Positions 16,543 through 26,602 of a stretch of DNA of 44,344 bases are shown piece by piece. Every line of letters begins with the position of its first letter. Within the stretch, counting starts at the first letter, position 1. The stretch is from Microbacteriaceae bacterium (GTDB taxonomy: Bacteria; Actinomycetota; Actinomycetes; Actinomycetales; Microbacteriaceae). The position numbers were made by a program, and so were the translations under genes. Under the pieces are notes generated by a model, which worked only from the letters and a program-made list of their open reading frames with translations, was not told the origin of the DNA and made no database searches. The DNA lies in contig JAYTXO010000036.1 of assembly GCA_043742905.1 (NCBI GenBank), forward strand, positions 1-44,344. The letters run 5' to 3'.

Positions 16543-17715
16543 GTGACCCCGGATGACATCGGCGACGACGCCCACGAACTCAGCGGTGGGATCGTCCGCC
16601 GTGACGCTCGTCTGGCCGACGGTCGAGAGCTCTTTTACTTCGATGACGCGGGTACCGTGCTCGGACCGGATCGGGCGATCGATGCCCGGGCACTCGACCC
16701 GCGACCCGGCACGGCGACCATGCGTCAGGACGTGCTGAACGGCGAATGGGTTTCGATCGCCGCGTCCCGGCAGAACCGGGTGTTCCTCCCACCGGCCGAC
16801 CAGGATCCGCTCGCACCGCAGACCGCCGCCAACCCGAGCGAACTGCCCGCACTCTACGATGTCGCCGTCTTCGAGAACCGCTCGCCGTCGTTCGGGCCCG
16901 GTCTGGCCGCCGAGGTCGAGGCGGTCGGCGCTGCCCGCGCGAGCGACCCGCCGCGCGGCCTGAATGACCTCGCCGAGCTCGGGCTCGGTCGCACCCGCAG
17001 CTCGGTGGGCCGCTGCGAAGTCGTCTGCTTCAGCCCAGACACCTTCGGCTCGTTCGGCACCCAGAACGAGACCCGAGCGCGCACCGTCATCGAGGCGTGG
17101 GCGGACCGCACAGCGGCGCTCTCGGCACTCCCCGGTGTCGAGCAGGTGTTCCCATTTGAGAACCGCGGTGAAGCGATCGGCGTGACGCTGCACCATCCGC
17201 ACGGGCAGATCTACGCGTATCCGTACATCACCCCGCGCACGACCCGCCTGTTGGACTCGATCGATCGCACGGCACCCGACCTCTTCCAACGCATCCTGGA
17301 CAGTGAGCGCGAGGGACCGCGGGTCGTCCTCAGCGGCGAGTACTGGACCGCTTTCGTCCCGTTTGCGGCGCGCTGGCCCATCGAGGTGCACCTGCTGCCG
17401 AACCGGCAGCTTCCCGACTTCACGGCGACGACCACCGAAGAGCGCGACGAGCTCGCGGGCCTCTACCTGCGCCTGCTGCGAGGAATCGACGACCTCTACG
17501 ACACTCCGACGCCGTACATTGCGGCCTGGCATCAGGCGCCGGTCAACCGCGGTCGCGACGCCGTGCGACTGCACCTCGAACTCACCTCGCCGCGTCGCGC
17601 CGCCGATCGGCTGAAGTACCTGGCAGGGTCGGAGGCGGCCATGGGAGCCTGGGTGGGCGATGTGCCTCCCGAGGACGCGGCCGACAGGATCCGGAAGGCG
17701 ATCGAGCGAGCATGA
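16543..17715 (+). CDS. galT: Galactose-1-phosphate uridylyltransferase
   Basis: FENRGEAIGVTLHHPHGQIY active-site motif, VFENRSPS, GRCEVVCF. Coupled to galK. Confidence 0.95.
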   Translation: MTPDDIGDDAHELSGGIVRRDARLADGRELFYFDDAGTVLGPDRAIDARALDPRPGTATMRQDVLNGEWVSIAASRQNRVFLPPADQDPLAPQTAANPSELPALYDVAVFENRSPSFGPGLAAEVEAVGAARASDPPRGLNDLAELGLGRTRSSVGRCEVVCFSPDTFGSFGTQNETRARTVIEAWADRTAALSALPGVEQVFPFENRGEAIGVTLHHPHGQIYAYPYITPRTTRLLDSIDRTAPDLFQRILDSEREGPRVVLSGEYWTAFVPFAARWPIEVHLLPNRQLPDFTATTTEERDELAGLYLRLLRGIDDLYDTPTPYIAAWHQAPVNRGRDAVRLHLELTSPRRAADRLKYLAGSEAAMGAWVGDVPPEDAADRIRKAIERA

Positions 17716-18884
17716 ACGATATGCGCGACGAGCTGCGTGAGCAGTTCGCGGACTTTACCGGACACCAGGCAGACGGGCTCTGGTCGGCACCCGGCCGGGT
17801 CAACCTGATTGGCGAGCACACCGACTACAACGGCGGATTCGTTCTGCCATTCGCGATCGACCGGCGCACCTTGGTTGCTCTGGGCGTCCGCGACGACGGC
17901 ATTCTGCGGGTCGCCAGTACCTTCAGCGACGAGGTCGTCGAGCTCCCGCTGACCGAACTCGCGGCGGCGCAGGCGGCCGGTAGCTTGCGAGGATGGGCGG
18001 CGTACCCGCTCGGTGTCGCCTGGGCCCTTGGCGAGTTCGGAGCGGACCTCGCGGCGGTCCCCGGCGCCGATCTGCTGATCGACTCGAATGTGCCCGTCGG
18101 CGCGGGCCTCTCGTCGTCCGCCGCAATCGAGAGTGCCGTGGCCCTCGCGCTCAACGAGATCTGGCAGCTCGGCTTCTCACGCGAGACGCTTGCTCGAGTG
18201 GGCCGCCGAGCTGAGAATGACGCCGTCGGCGCCCCCACCGGGATCATGGACCAGTCGGCGTCACTGCTCGGGAGGCAGGACTCCGCGGTCTTCCTCGACT
18301 GCCGCAGCCTCGAGGCCACGGTCGTGCCGCTCGGCTTCGAGGCAGCGGGCCTGACCGTCCTGGTCGTGGACACCGGCGTGACGCACGACCATTCGACCGG
18401 CGGCTATCGCGAGCGTCGGACGTCCTGCGAAGCGGGCGCCGCAGCGCTCGGGGTCGACACTCTGCGCGAGATCGGTATCGACGAGCTGGATCGCGCTGGC
18501 CGCATCCTCGACGAGGTCACCTTTCGCCGGGTGCGCCACGTCGTCACCGAGAACCAGCGCGTGCGCGACACCGTCGAATTGCTCGCCACCACGGGACCCG
18601 CCGCCATCGGCGCCCTGCTCGATGCCTCACACCGATCGTTGCGGGACGACTTCGAGGTGTCGGTGCCCGAACTCGACCTGGCCGTCGAGACCGCCCTCGA
18701 AAACGGTGCGATCGGTGCCCGGATGACCGGCGGTGGCTTCGGCGGGGCAGCGATCGCCCTCGTCCCGATCGACGGCGTCTCGCGCGTCCAGGTCGCAGTG
18801 GAAGGGGTATTCGCCGAGCACGGCTTCGGCGTCCCGGAGACGTTCACCGTGCGACCGTCCGACGGGGCAAAACGCGAGAACTGA
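17712..18884 (+). CDS. galK: Galactokinase
   Basis: APGRVNLIGEHTDYN, PVGAGLSSSAA, GIMDQ and GARMTGGGFGG motifs. Confidence 0.96.
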   Translation: MNDMRDELREQFADFTGHQADGLWSAPGRVNLIGEHTDYNGGFVLPFAIDRRTLVALGVRDDGILRVASTFSDEVVELPLTELAAAQAAGSLRGWAAYPLGVAWALGEFGADLAAVPGADLLIDSNVPVGAGLSSSAAIESAVALALNEIWQLGFSRETLARVGRRAENDAVGAPTGIMDQSASLLGRQDSAVFLDCRSLEATVVPLGFEAAGLTVLVVDTGVTHDHSTGGYRERRTSCEAGAAALGVDTLREIGIDELDRAGRILDEVTFRRVRHVVTENQRVRDTVELLATTGPAAIGALLDASHRSLRDDFEVSVPELDLAVETALENGAIGARMTGGGFGGAAIALVPIDGVSRVQVAVEGVFAEHGFGVPETFTVRPSDGAKREN

Positions 18885-18979
18885 GTTCGGTACGCGTGGC
18901 CAAGCCCATGCGCCAACTCGCGAGTGCCGGATTCGCCTGCTACCGTTCTGCTCACAGCGGCTGCTGAAAGTCGCACAGC

Positions 18980-19738
18980 TTGATCCCAGGGGGCATCGTG
19001 CCGCGTTCCGTGCTCGTGCTGGTGGCTTCCGTCGCCTTGCTGGCGGTCCTGACCGGGTGCGCACCGCATCCCTCGTCGGGCGGATCGGCGACCCCGACTC
19101 ACCACGCCAGCGCGAGCACGACTCCTCGAGCCTCGGCGACGCCGACCGCGCCGCCGCTCGCCGCCGACGTACTGTTCAAGATCACGGTCACCGCGACCGC
19201 GCACGACGGCGGAACGGCCATCCTGGTCGAAACGGTGAAGATGCCGGTCGCGTCCACCGACGCTCAAGTCGCCGACGAGGCCAAACTCGACACCGAGTGC
19301 GACGGTTGGCGCACTGCGTACCCGACGAAGCAGTTCCTGGTCGCGCGGGTGACCACGACCGTGACCTCGGGAAGCTGGAACCCCGTCAATATCATCGCGG
19401 CCGACATGGCGGGCTACCCGGTCTGGACCGGTGACCAGCGTCCCTTCCAGGCATACTGCGCGAGTGCGCTGCCGTCGATTCCGGGCTCGGCGCGGGCCGT
19501 CTCACCAGTTGGCGGCGGCTCAGACCCCGACACCGCGGGCGGCTGGGCCATCTACCGCTACGGCTTCGGCGTCCCCACCGACCCCAGCGCTGGCAACACC
19601 CCAACGGCCACCGGAGTCGTGCTGAGTGATTGCGCGGTGCAACTCGGAGCCGCAGCGAAGGGCAGCATCTTCGCGGGTACCTGGCCGACGACCACGCAGA
19701 CCGATCACGGACTGAGCTGCTTCGTCGGTGGCAGCTAG
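18980..19738 (+). CDS. Hypothetical lipoprotein
   Basis: Lipobox VLTGC, then an S/T/P linker, then a globular domain with four Cys. The real start may be GTG 18998. Confidence 0.75.
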   Translation: MIPGGIVPRSVLVLVASVALLAVLTGCAPHPSSGGSATPTHHASASTTPRASATPTAPPLAADVLFKITVTATAHDGGTAILVETVKMPVASTDAQVADEAKLDTECDGWRTAYPTKQFLVARVTTTVTSGSWNPVNIIAADMAGYPVWTGDQRPFQAYCASALPSIPGSARAVSPVGGGSDPDTAGGWAIYRYGFGVPTDPSAGNTPTATGVVLSDCAVQLGAAAKGSIFAGTWPTTTQTDHGLSCFVGGS

Positions 19739-20616
19739 CGAGCGGCCCGCTCCGCCGCTCTCACCACGTTCGCGAGCAGCATCGCCCTGGTCATCGGGCC
19801 GACGCCTCCGGGGTTCGGAGACAACCATCCGGCCACTTCGGCGACGCCCGGATCGACGTCGCCCGTAAGCTTCGCTTTACCTGACTCGCTGGTACCGGTG
19901 CGGGTCACGCCCACATCAAGTACGGCAGCGCCGGGCTTGATCCAGTCCGGCTTCACGAAGTGCGGGACCCCGATCGCGGCCACCACGATGTCTGCTCGGC
20001 GCACCTCGGCGGCCAGATCGACGGTGCGGGAGTGCGTCAATGTGACCGTGGCGTCCACCCCCTTGCGAGTGAAAACGAGGCCGAGCGGCCGTCCGACCGT
20101 CAGGCCGCGGCCGATGATCACGGCATGCTTCCCGGCGATGGGAACCTCGTAGCGGCGCAGCATCTCCACCACGCCAGCCGGCGTGCACGGCAGCGGCGAG
20201 TCCAGCTCACCGTCGACACCGAGCACCAGGCGACCAAGGTTGGTCGGGTGTAGCCCGTCGGCATCCTTGGCCGGATCGATCAGCTCAAGCATCGCGTTCT
20301 GGTCGATCCCAGCGGGCAACGGCAACTGCACGATGTAGCCGGTGACCGAGGGATCCGCGTTGAGGTTGGCGATCGCCCTGCGCACCTCCGCCTCGGACGC
20401 CGCAGCCGGCAGATCCACGCGAATCGACGCGATCCCGACCTCAGCCGAGTCGCGGTGCTTGCCGCCCACGTAGCTCAAGGAACCGGGATCCTCGCCCACC
20501 AGCAGCGTCCCAAGCCCCGGAACGATACCCCTCTCGTGCAGCGCGGCAATCCGCACCGCCAACTCGCTCTTGATCGCGGATGCCGTGGCAACGCCATCCA
20601 GCCGGATCGCGGTCAT
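19735..20616 (-). CDS. folD: Bifunctional methylene-THF dehydrogenase/cyclohydrolase
   Basis: [33 protein letters not shown] and [10 protein letters not shown] motifs. Confidence 0.96.
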   Translation of the reverse strand: MTAIRLDGVATASAIKSELAVRIAALHERGIVPGLGTLLVGEDPGSLSYVGGKHRDSAEVGIASIRVDLPAAASEAEVRRAIANLNADPSVTGYIVQLPLPAGIDQNAMLELIDPAKDADGLHPTNLGRLVLGVDGELDSPLPCTPAGVVEMLRRYEVPIAGKHAVIIGRGLTVGRPLGLVFTRKGVDATVTLTHSRTVDLAAEVRRADIVVAAIGVPHFVKPDWIKPGAAVLDVGVTRTGTSESGKAKLTGDVDPGVAEVAGWLSPNPGGVGPMTRAMLLANVVRAAERAAR

Positions 20617-20703
20617 CCCGCGCGGCCTGCCCGCGCGGGTACGGAGTTATCTGTACTCGCAACATGGAAAGTGACGTTGAGTACGCAATCTCGCGGGCTG
20701 GCC
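20617..20703 (-). other. Nested inverted repeats in the glyA-folD spacer
   Basis: Outer arms 20624-20635/20692-20703 (11 of 12 pair). Inner GTACTC/GAGTAC at 20653-20658/20679-20684. Competing 9-bp hairpin 20617-20625/20631-20639 abutting the folD ATG. Confidence 0.5.
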
Positions 20704-20725
20704 TCCAGGATGCGGGCCACCCGCC

Positions 20726-22042
20726 TCACTTCCAGGTGCCCGGGGACGTCAGCCCCTCGTAGAGCGGAAACTGCTCGGCCAGCACGGTGACACGCGCACG
20801 CAGCGCCGGGAGGTCAGCATCTGGCATGAGGGCAAGGGCGATGATGTCGGCCACCTCGGTGAACTCCGCGTCGCCGAAACCGCGGGTTGCGAGCGCCGGG
20901 GTGCCGATACGCACGCCCGACGTGACCATCGGCGGGCGCGGGTCGTTCGGGACCGCATTCTTGTTGACCGTGATGCCGACCTCGTGCAGGCGGTCCTCGG
21001 CGTCCTGACCGGTGAAATCCGAGGTGCGCAGGTCGACGAGCACGAGATGCACGTCGGTGCCACCGGTCAGCACGTCGATGCCGGCTGCCTTGGCATCCGG
21101 AGCGGTGAGGCGGTCAGCCAGGATCTTCGCGCCGCTCTTTGTACGCTTTTGACGGTCCACGAACTCGGGGGACGCCGCGATGAGGAACGCGGTCGCCTTC
21201 GCCGCAATCACGTGCATGAGAGGGCCGCCCTGCTGTCCGGGGAAGACGTTCGAGTTGATCTTCTTCGCGAGAGCCGCATCGTTGGTGAGGATGAAGCCCG
21301 AGCGGGGACCACCGATGGTCTTGTGCACCGTGGAGGAGACGACGTGCGCGTGCGGCACCGGGCTCGGGTGCAGACCGGCGGCCACCAGTCCGGCGAAGTG
21401 CGACATGTCCACCCAGAGCACGGCACCCACCTCATCCGCGATCGCCCGGAACGCCGCGAAGTCGAGCTCGCGCGGATAGGCGGACCATCCCGCTATCAGC
21501 ACCTGGGGCTTCACCTCAAGCGCCCTCGCGCGCACAACTTCCATGTCGATAAGTCCGGTCTCGGCATCGACGCCGTAAGCGTATGGCTCGTAGAACTTGC
21601 CCGAGAAGTTGAGCTTCATCCCGTGGGTGAGGTGACCGCCGTGCGCCAGCTCCAGACCCAGGATGCGGTCGCCGGGCTTGGCGATCGCGGCCAGCACCGC
21701 GGCATTGGCAGTCGCTCCCGAGTGCGGCTGCACGTTCGCGAACCCGGCGCCGAAGAGGCTCTTGGCGCGCTCAATGGCGAGCGTCTCGACGATGTCGACA
21801 AACTCGCAGCCACCGTAGTAGCGACGACCGGGGTATCCCTCGGCGTACTTGTTGGTGAGCACGGAACCCTGCGCCTCGAGAATCGCGCGCGGGACGAAGT
21901 TCTCGCTCGCGATCATCTCAAGCGTGGTGCGCTGGCGGTTGAGCTCCAGCTCAAGGGCGGCGGCGACTTCGGGGTCAACCTCAGAGAGAGGCGCGAGGAA
22001 GGTGTCGATCGTTGTGGTGGTTGGCACTGTGGTGGTTGGCAC
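20726..22042 (-). CDS. glyA: Serine hydroxymethyltransferase
   Basis: [35 protein letters not shown] (PLP Lys) and GVRIGTPA motifs. GGGAG RBS before GTG 22042. Confidence 0.97.
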   Translation of the reverse strand: MPTTTVPTTTTIDTFLAPLSEVDPEVAAALELELNRQRTTLEMIASENFVPRAILEAQGSVLTNKYAEGYPGRRYYGGCEFVDIVETLAIERAKSLFGAGFANVQPHSGATANAAVLAAIAKPGDRILGLELAHGGHLTHGMKLNFSGKFYEPYAYGVDAETGLIDMEVVRARALEVKPQVLIAGWSAYPRELDFAAFRAIADEVGAVLWVDMSHFAGLVAAGLHPSPVPHAHVVSSTVHKTIGGPRSGFILTNDAALAKKINSNVFPGQQGGPLMHVIAAKATAFLIAASPEFVDRQKRTKSGAKILADRLTAPDAKAAGIDVLTGGTDVHLVLVDLRTSDFTGQDAEDRLHEVGITVNKNAVPNDPRPPMVTSGVRIGTPALATRGFGDAEFTEVADIIALALMPDADLPALRARVTVLAEQFPLYEGLTSPGTWK

Positions 22043-22079
22043 TGAGCACTCCCGAGTTCTGTACAGATGGATGTCTGTC

Positions 22080-22155
22080 ACAGCCCAGGCGTACGGCCGT
22101 TTCTTTGTCAGTCGCTCCCCGATGGTGAACCATCCGAACGCCAGTCGCGACAGTT
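22080..22155 (-). ncRNA. ZMP/ZTP (pfl) riboswitch
   Basis: Minus strand GUCGCGACUGGCG...AUGGUUCACCAUCGGGGAGCGAC...GCCGUACGCCUGGGC matches the class consensus. TACAAT -10 box at 22158-22163. It lies upstream of glyA, a typical target. Confidence 0.93.
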
Positions 22156-22227
22156 CTATTGTATGGGCGCTCAGCCTGCGGGCGACAGCCCGCTCGCTGC
22201 GAAGCCACCCTCCCGGGCGCTTCAGAC

Positions 22228-22276
22228 CAGCAGCGGTCGGCACGCCGCGAGCTGCTCGCGGTGCCGTGGACTGCTG
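22228..22276 (-). terminator. GC-rich stem-loop after the ECF operon (possible terminator)
   Basis: CAGCAG..CGGCAC-CGCGAGC-A-GCTCGCGG-CGTGCCG..CTGCTG directly after the stop at 22280. No U-tract. Confidence 0.45.
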
Positions 22277-22279
22277 CCG

Positions 22280-23086
22280 TTACGGCTGCTTCTTCAGTTG
22301 GGCGACGAAGTCGTCGACCGTGAAGACCGGATCCTTCCAGCCGAGTTCGGTACGCAGGCGTTCGAGCTGCGGCGGTTCAACGTGCGCCGCGGCGAGTGCG
22401 TCGAGCCGGGTGAAGGCCTGAGCGGGATCACCGTCGGCGATGACCTCACCGTCGGCCATCACCAGGACGCGGTCGAAGTTCTCGGCGCAGAAGTCCATAT
22501 CGTGGGTAATCGCCACCACGGTGCGGCCTTCGTGGTGCAGATCGGCGACGATGTCGCCGATCAGCGCAACGCCTCGCGCATCCTGACCGGTGGTCGGCTC
22601 GTCGAGCACGACGATCGGCGTCTCCATGGCGAGAACCGAGGCCAACGCCACGCGCTTCCGCTCGCTGAGCGAGAGGTGGTACGGGTGAGCGTCCTCCATG
22701 CCGTCGAGGCCTGAGCGATGCATCGCCCGCGTGACCCGCTCGTCGATGTCGGCCTTCGCGGCGCCCAGGTTCTTGGGACCGAAAGCGATCTCATCGCGGA
22801 TGTTCCGCGCGAACAGCTGCTCATCGGGATTTTGGAAGACGTATCCGACTCGCGCCGCCAGGGCAGCGATATCGCGGCCCACCGTGTCCCAGTCGCCGAT
22901 CCGCACGGCGCCCTTCGTGGGGGTGAAGATCCCGTTGAAGTGTCGAACCAGCGTGGTCTTGCCCGCGCCGTTCTGGCCCACGATGGCTAGTCGCTGTCCG
23001 GCCGGGATCGTCAGGGTCACTCCGTTGAGCGCTGTAACCCCCGAGGGGTAAGTGAAGACAAGCCCGGTGATGACGATGTCCATCAT
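22280..23086 (-). CDS. ECF transporter ATPase (A' subunit)
   Basis: GQNGAGKTT, VFQNPDEQLF, LSLSERKRVA, LDEPTTGQD and ITHD motifs. Confidence 0.92.
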   Translation of the reverse strand: MMDIVITGLVFTYPSGVTALNGVTLTIPAGQRLAIVGQNGAGKTTLVRHFNGIFTPTKGAVRIGDWDTVGRDIAALAARVGYVFQNPDEQLFARNIRDEIAFGPKNLGAAKADIDERVTRAMHRSGLDGMEDAHPYHLSLSERKRVALASVLAMETPIVVLDEPTTGQDARGVALIGDIVADLHHEGRTVVAITHDMDFCAENFDRVLVMADGEVIADGDPAQAFTRLDALAAAHVEPPQLERLRTELGWKDPVFTVDDFVAQLKKQP

Positions 23087-23934
23087 TTTCCGAACACCAC
23101 TTTCGCGTCCGGCAGAGATACCGGCAGTTCGGTCGTCGCGGGAATCAGCTTCTGTGAAATCGCGGCGCGCGCTGCACGGGTGATCCGCGTCGCGCCGACG
23201 CCCCAGTCGTCGGTCCGAGGATCGGAGAGCACCTCGCGGGGGGTTCCGGACCGCACGATGACCCCCTCGGCGAGCACGTGGAGCAGCTCGGTGTGCTCGC
23301 GCAGCAGCTCGAGTTTGTGTTCGAACACGATGACGGTCGTACCGGCCTCTGCCAAGTGCCCCATGATGTCGAAAACCAGACGAGAACCGCTCGGATCGAG
23401 TTGCGAGGTGGGCTCGTCCATCACGAGCACACGGGGGGCCATCACCATCATCGAGGCGATCGCAACCAACTGCTGCTGACCGCCGGAGAGCGCATACGGC
23501 GAGCGGTCGACAAGCTCGCCGATGCCGAGCAAGGCGACCACCTCAGCTACCCGGTGGATCATCTCGTCGCGCGGCACACCAAGGTTCTCGAGGCCGAACG
23601 CGATCTCCTCGCGCACCGAGAACTTGGCACCGCTGATCTGGTTGAACGGGTTCTGCGTGACCAGGCCAACCCTGCTCACGACGTCGGCCAGAGTCGATGC
23701 CGGCACCTGGATTCCGTCGACCTGCACGCTGCCGGTGAGCTCACCGCCCTCTGAGTGCGGGATGAACCCGGCGATGGTCTTCGCAAGGGTGGTCTTTCCG
23801 ACACCCGATGCGCCGACAACCCCGATGACCTGGCCGGCATCCACCGTCAGGTCGATTCCGCGCAACACGTCTATTTCGGTGTCGGGGTAACGGTAGTAGA
23901 CGTCTTTCAGAACGATCATGCCCGCGCTGTTCAT
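23083..23934 (-). CDS. ECF transporter ATPase (A subunit)
   Basis: GASGVGKTT, QNPFNQI, LSGGQQQ, MDEPTSQLDP and EHK motifs. ATG 23934 overlaps the T-subunit stop. Confidence 0.92.
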   Translation of the reverse strand: MNSAGMIVLKDVYYRYPDTEIDVLRGIDLTVDAGQVIGVVGASGVGKTTLAKTIAGFIPHSEGGELTGSVQVDGIQVPASTLADVVSRVGLVTQNPFNQISGAKFSVREEIAFGLENLGVPRDEMIHRVAEVVALLGIGELVDRSPYALSGGQQQLVAIASMMVMAPRVLVMDEPTSQLDPSGSRLVFDIMGHLAEAGTTVIVFEHKLELLREHTELLHVLAEGVIVRSGTPREVLSDPRTDDWGVGATRITRAARAAISQKLIPATTELPVSLPDAKVVFGK

Positions 23935-24710
23935 TTCGGGAACACGCCAAGGAATGAGGCGACGAGGGCGCCGAGGGCGATCAGGATGACCACCCAACGG
24001 GCGATCTTCTCACCCACCGGGTCGGGCAGCAGGTCGAGCGCCGTGCGCTTCGCGGTGGAGCCGAATGCTCGAGCCTCCATCGCGGTCGAGCGCTCGTCAA
24101 CGTCCACGAAGACGCCCAGGATCAGGGGACTGAGCAGCGGGAGCAGCACGCCGAATCGGCGGATCGGGTTGCCCCGGGTCTTCAGTCCGCGGGACCGTTG
24201 CGCGAGCAGAATTGAGTCGGCGCGCGTGCGGAAAGAGGGAATGATTTGCAGCGTTGAACTGATGACATAGGCGATCTTAGGCGGCATGCCGCGCTCGCTC
24301 AGGGCGCTCAGCAGCTTGCCCGGATGCGTGGTGAACAGCAACACCATAGTTGCAGTCACCAGGACAACGGTGCGCCCGCCGACGGCTAAGGCAAAAAGCA
24401 GGCCCTCCAGCGAGAAGTGGAACGTACCGACCGAGAACAGGATCGTCGCGCCACGGGGGTTAAAAAACCCCTGCGCGATGATCAAAACCAGCACGAGGGG
24501 AACCAGCAGCACCCCGCTGACGACCAGGAGCCTGCCGCCCACTCGTGCGAGGAGGGCGGCAGGTACCACGATCAGGATCAGGATCGCCAACGGGGCCCAC
24601 CAGTACGGCAGGGCAAACACCAGGATGATGATCGATACCACCCCGATCAGCTTTGTGGTCGGGTTCAGCCGGTTCAGCGGTGAGGGGCGATCCAGATACA
24701 GGGTCGACAT
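23931..24710 (-). CDS. ECF transporter transmembrane T component
   Basis: LNRLNPTTKL N-terminus and the two conserved Arg motifs (AQRSRG, AMEARAF). Confidence 0.92.
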   Translation of the reverse strand: MSTLYLDRPSPLNRLNPTTKLIGVVSIIILVFALPYWWAPLAILILIVVPAALLARVGGRLLVVSGVLLVPLVLVLIIAQGFFNPRGATILFSVGTFHFSLEGLLFALAVGGRTVVLVTATMVLLFTTHPGKLLSALSERGMPPKIAYVISSTLQIIPSFRTRADSILLAQRSRGLKTRGNPIRRFGVLLPLLSPLILGVFVDVDERSTAMEARAFGSTAKRTALDLLPDPVGEKIARWVVILIALGALVASFLGVFPK

Positions 24711-24722
24711 GGACGGGGAGTG

Positions 24723-25532
24723 CTACCCCTTCTTCTTCATGCCTGGGAGAACGTTGTATTGACGTACGAACGGGAATCGCTGCTTGAAGCGGGTGGGCAG
24801 TGCCAGCAGGATGAACATGACCACCGTGAAGGTGATCAGCTTGTCGAGCGGATCGCTCAGCAATCCCTGCAATGTGGTCGACGCCAACAGCGAGTTGCCA
24901 AACGCCTGAAACGCCGCCACGATCGCCCCCGTCCCTCCGCCAGTCGCACCACCGAAAATGAACGCCGAGATCGGGGACGAGGCGAGCGCGGCGATGACAC
25001 CGGTAACGATACCCGCGATCGGCGGGGCCCAGTAGCTGCGGAACACACCGGCCCGCGCGGCCCACCCGGCGACAGCGCCGATCACGATCGCAACGATCGC
25101 GAACGGAAGGGCAAGGGGGTTCAAGGTCAAACCCCAGATCACGTTCGACAGGCCACCCGTGACCGCACCAGCCGCCGGGCCGGCCACGACGGCGACGAGG
25201 ATCGTGCCGATCGAGTCGAGGTACAGAGGAAGACCGAGCGCCGCGGTGATCTGACCGACGACGATGTTGATCGCGATCGCCACGGGCACGAGCACGACAG
25301 TGGTCGTGGGGAGTCGGTTGATTGCTCCGATCGCGATCAGCAGCGCGCCGAGCACATAGCCAGCAAGTGTGATCAGAGCCGCGCCGCCACCGCCCCCAAC
25401 CCCCGAGCCGACGCCTGCAGGCTGCGCCACGACCAGGTATAGGTAGGTCGCTGCGACGACCAGGGCTCCGGCGATGATGAAGATGTTGTTGCGGAGGCGA
25501 TGCGGGTCCTGCGGTTTGTCGATATTGGTCAT
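24723..25532 (-). CDS. ECF transporter substrate-specific S component
   Basis: Hydrophobic protein with AINIV, LPLYLDSIGT, AGPAAG and DPLDK motifs, plus two extra N-terminal TM helices. Confidence 0.85.
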   Translation of the reverse strand: MTNIDKPQDPHRLRNNIFIIAGALVVAATYLYLVVAQPAGVGSGVGGGGGAALITLAGYVLGALLIAIGAINRLPTTTVVLVPVAIAINIVVGQITAALGLPLYLDSIGTILVAVVAGPAAGAVTGGLSNVIWGLTLNPLALPFAIVAIVIGAVAGWAARAGVFRSYWAPPIAGIVTGVIAALASSPISAFIFGGATGGGTGAIVAAFQAFGNSLLASTTLQGLLSDPLDKLITFTVVMFILLALPTRFKQRFPFVRQYNVLPGMKKKG

Positions 25533-25558
25533 CGGTATTCCCTTCGGTTGTGAGGGTG

Positions 25559-26602
25559 TTACTGCGACTCGGCGACCCGGCGGGCGAGGCCACCGACACG
25601 CTCGATGAAATGGGTGAAGAACGCTGCCGGGTCTGTGTCGACCACGATCGCCGCGTTCTTTTCCCGACCCCAGAGACCGACCCAGTCGGCGATCGTCGTG
25701 CCGCGACTCAGCGTGCCGCCGAGTTCTACATCGACCGTCGCGCTGCGCAAGGTGGCGAATTCGGGGTGGACGGCCAACGCCGCAGCGAACGGGTCGTGGA
25801 TGTGGGCGAGGTAGCCCTGGCCCTGCGCCAGGTGGAACTCCATGTAGAACCGCACGGCGTCGGAGAGGTAGCGCACCACCTGGTTGGACGCCGACGAGAG
25901 CGTGCCAGGAGCATCATCAGCTGAAATCAATTCCACGGGCTCGCTCCCCGACACCCGCCCCAGCTCGGCCAAATGGTGTGGGTGAAGTTCGATGCGCTCG
26001 GTGATGTTGAGCCCCGCGATGATCGGGAACCGATCTTCGGGCAAGCCCGAGAAGGCGTCGAACACCAGTTTGGCGGCGTCTGGGTCGACCGCAATGTTCC
26101 ACTCCGAGGTCGGAGTCGTGTTGCCGGGGTAGTTGAACGAGCCGCCCATGACGACCAGGCGCTTGAGCAGGCGCGGCAGCTCCGGCTCAAGCCGCACGGC
26201 GAGCGCTACGTTGGTGAGCGGGCCAGTGACCAGCCCCACGATCTCGCCGGGGTGAGCGCGCACGGCCTCGATCCAGACCTCAGTGGCGTGCCTGCTCGAG
26301 ATCCGCCTGCCCGAATCGGGCAGCTCGGCATAGCCGATGCCCTGCGGGCCGTGGGTCTCTTCTGTCGTCATCAGCGGCGCCAGCAGCGGTACCTCACTGC
26401 CGAGCGCGACCTCGATGTCTGGCGCTTTGCACAACGCCAGCCAGTTGAGGTTGTTGCGCGCCACCGCGCGGGCGGGAACATTACCAGAGGTGCACGTGAT
26501 GGCGAGGATCTCGGCCTCGTCAGGTCTCGCCAGCAGGTACAGAAGGGCGAGAGAGTCGTCGATGCCCGTGTCGACATCGAACAGAATCTTTTGGGGAGTC
26601 AT
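25559..26602 (-). CDS. Nucleoside hydrolase (IU-NH family)
   Basis: DVDTGIDD Ca-binding motif, HGPQGIG, TGPLTN, MGGS, SEWNIAVDP and HDP motifs. Confidence 0.93.
   Translation of the reverse strand: MTPQKILFDVDTGIDDSLALLYLLARPDEAEILAITCTSGNVPARAVARNNLNWLALCKAPDIEVALGSEVPLLAPLMTTEETHGPQGIGYAELPDSGRRISSRHATEVWIEAVRAHPGEIVGLVTGPLTNVALAVRLEPELPRLLKRLVVMGGSFNYPGNTTPTSEWNIAVDPDAAKLVFDAFSGLPEDRFPIIAGLNITERIELHPHHLAELGRVSGSEPVELISADDAPGTLSSASNQVVRYLSDAVRFYMEFHLAQGQGYLAHIHDPFAAALAVHPEFATLRSATVDVELGGTLSRGTTIADWVGLWGREKNAAIVVDTDPAAFFTHFIERVGGLARRVAESQ

Noticed and set aside
22043-22243. 67-aa N-terminal extension of GlyA
   Set aside because: It runs through the ZTP riboswitch and promoter. The RBS supports GTG 22042.
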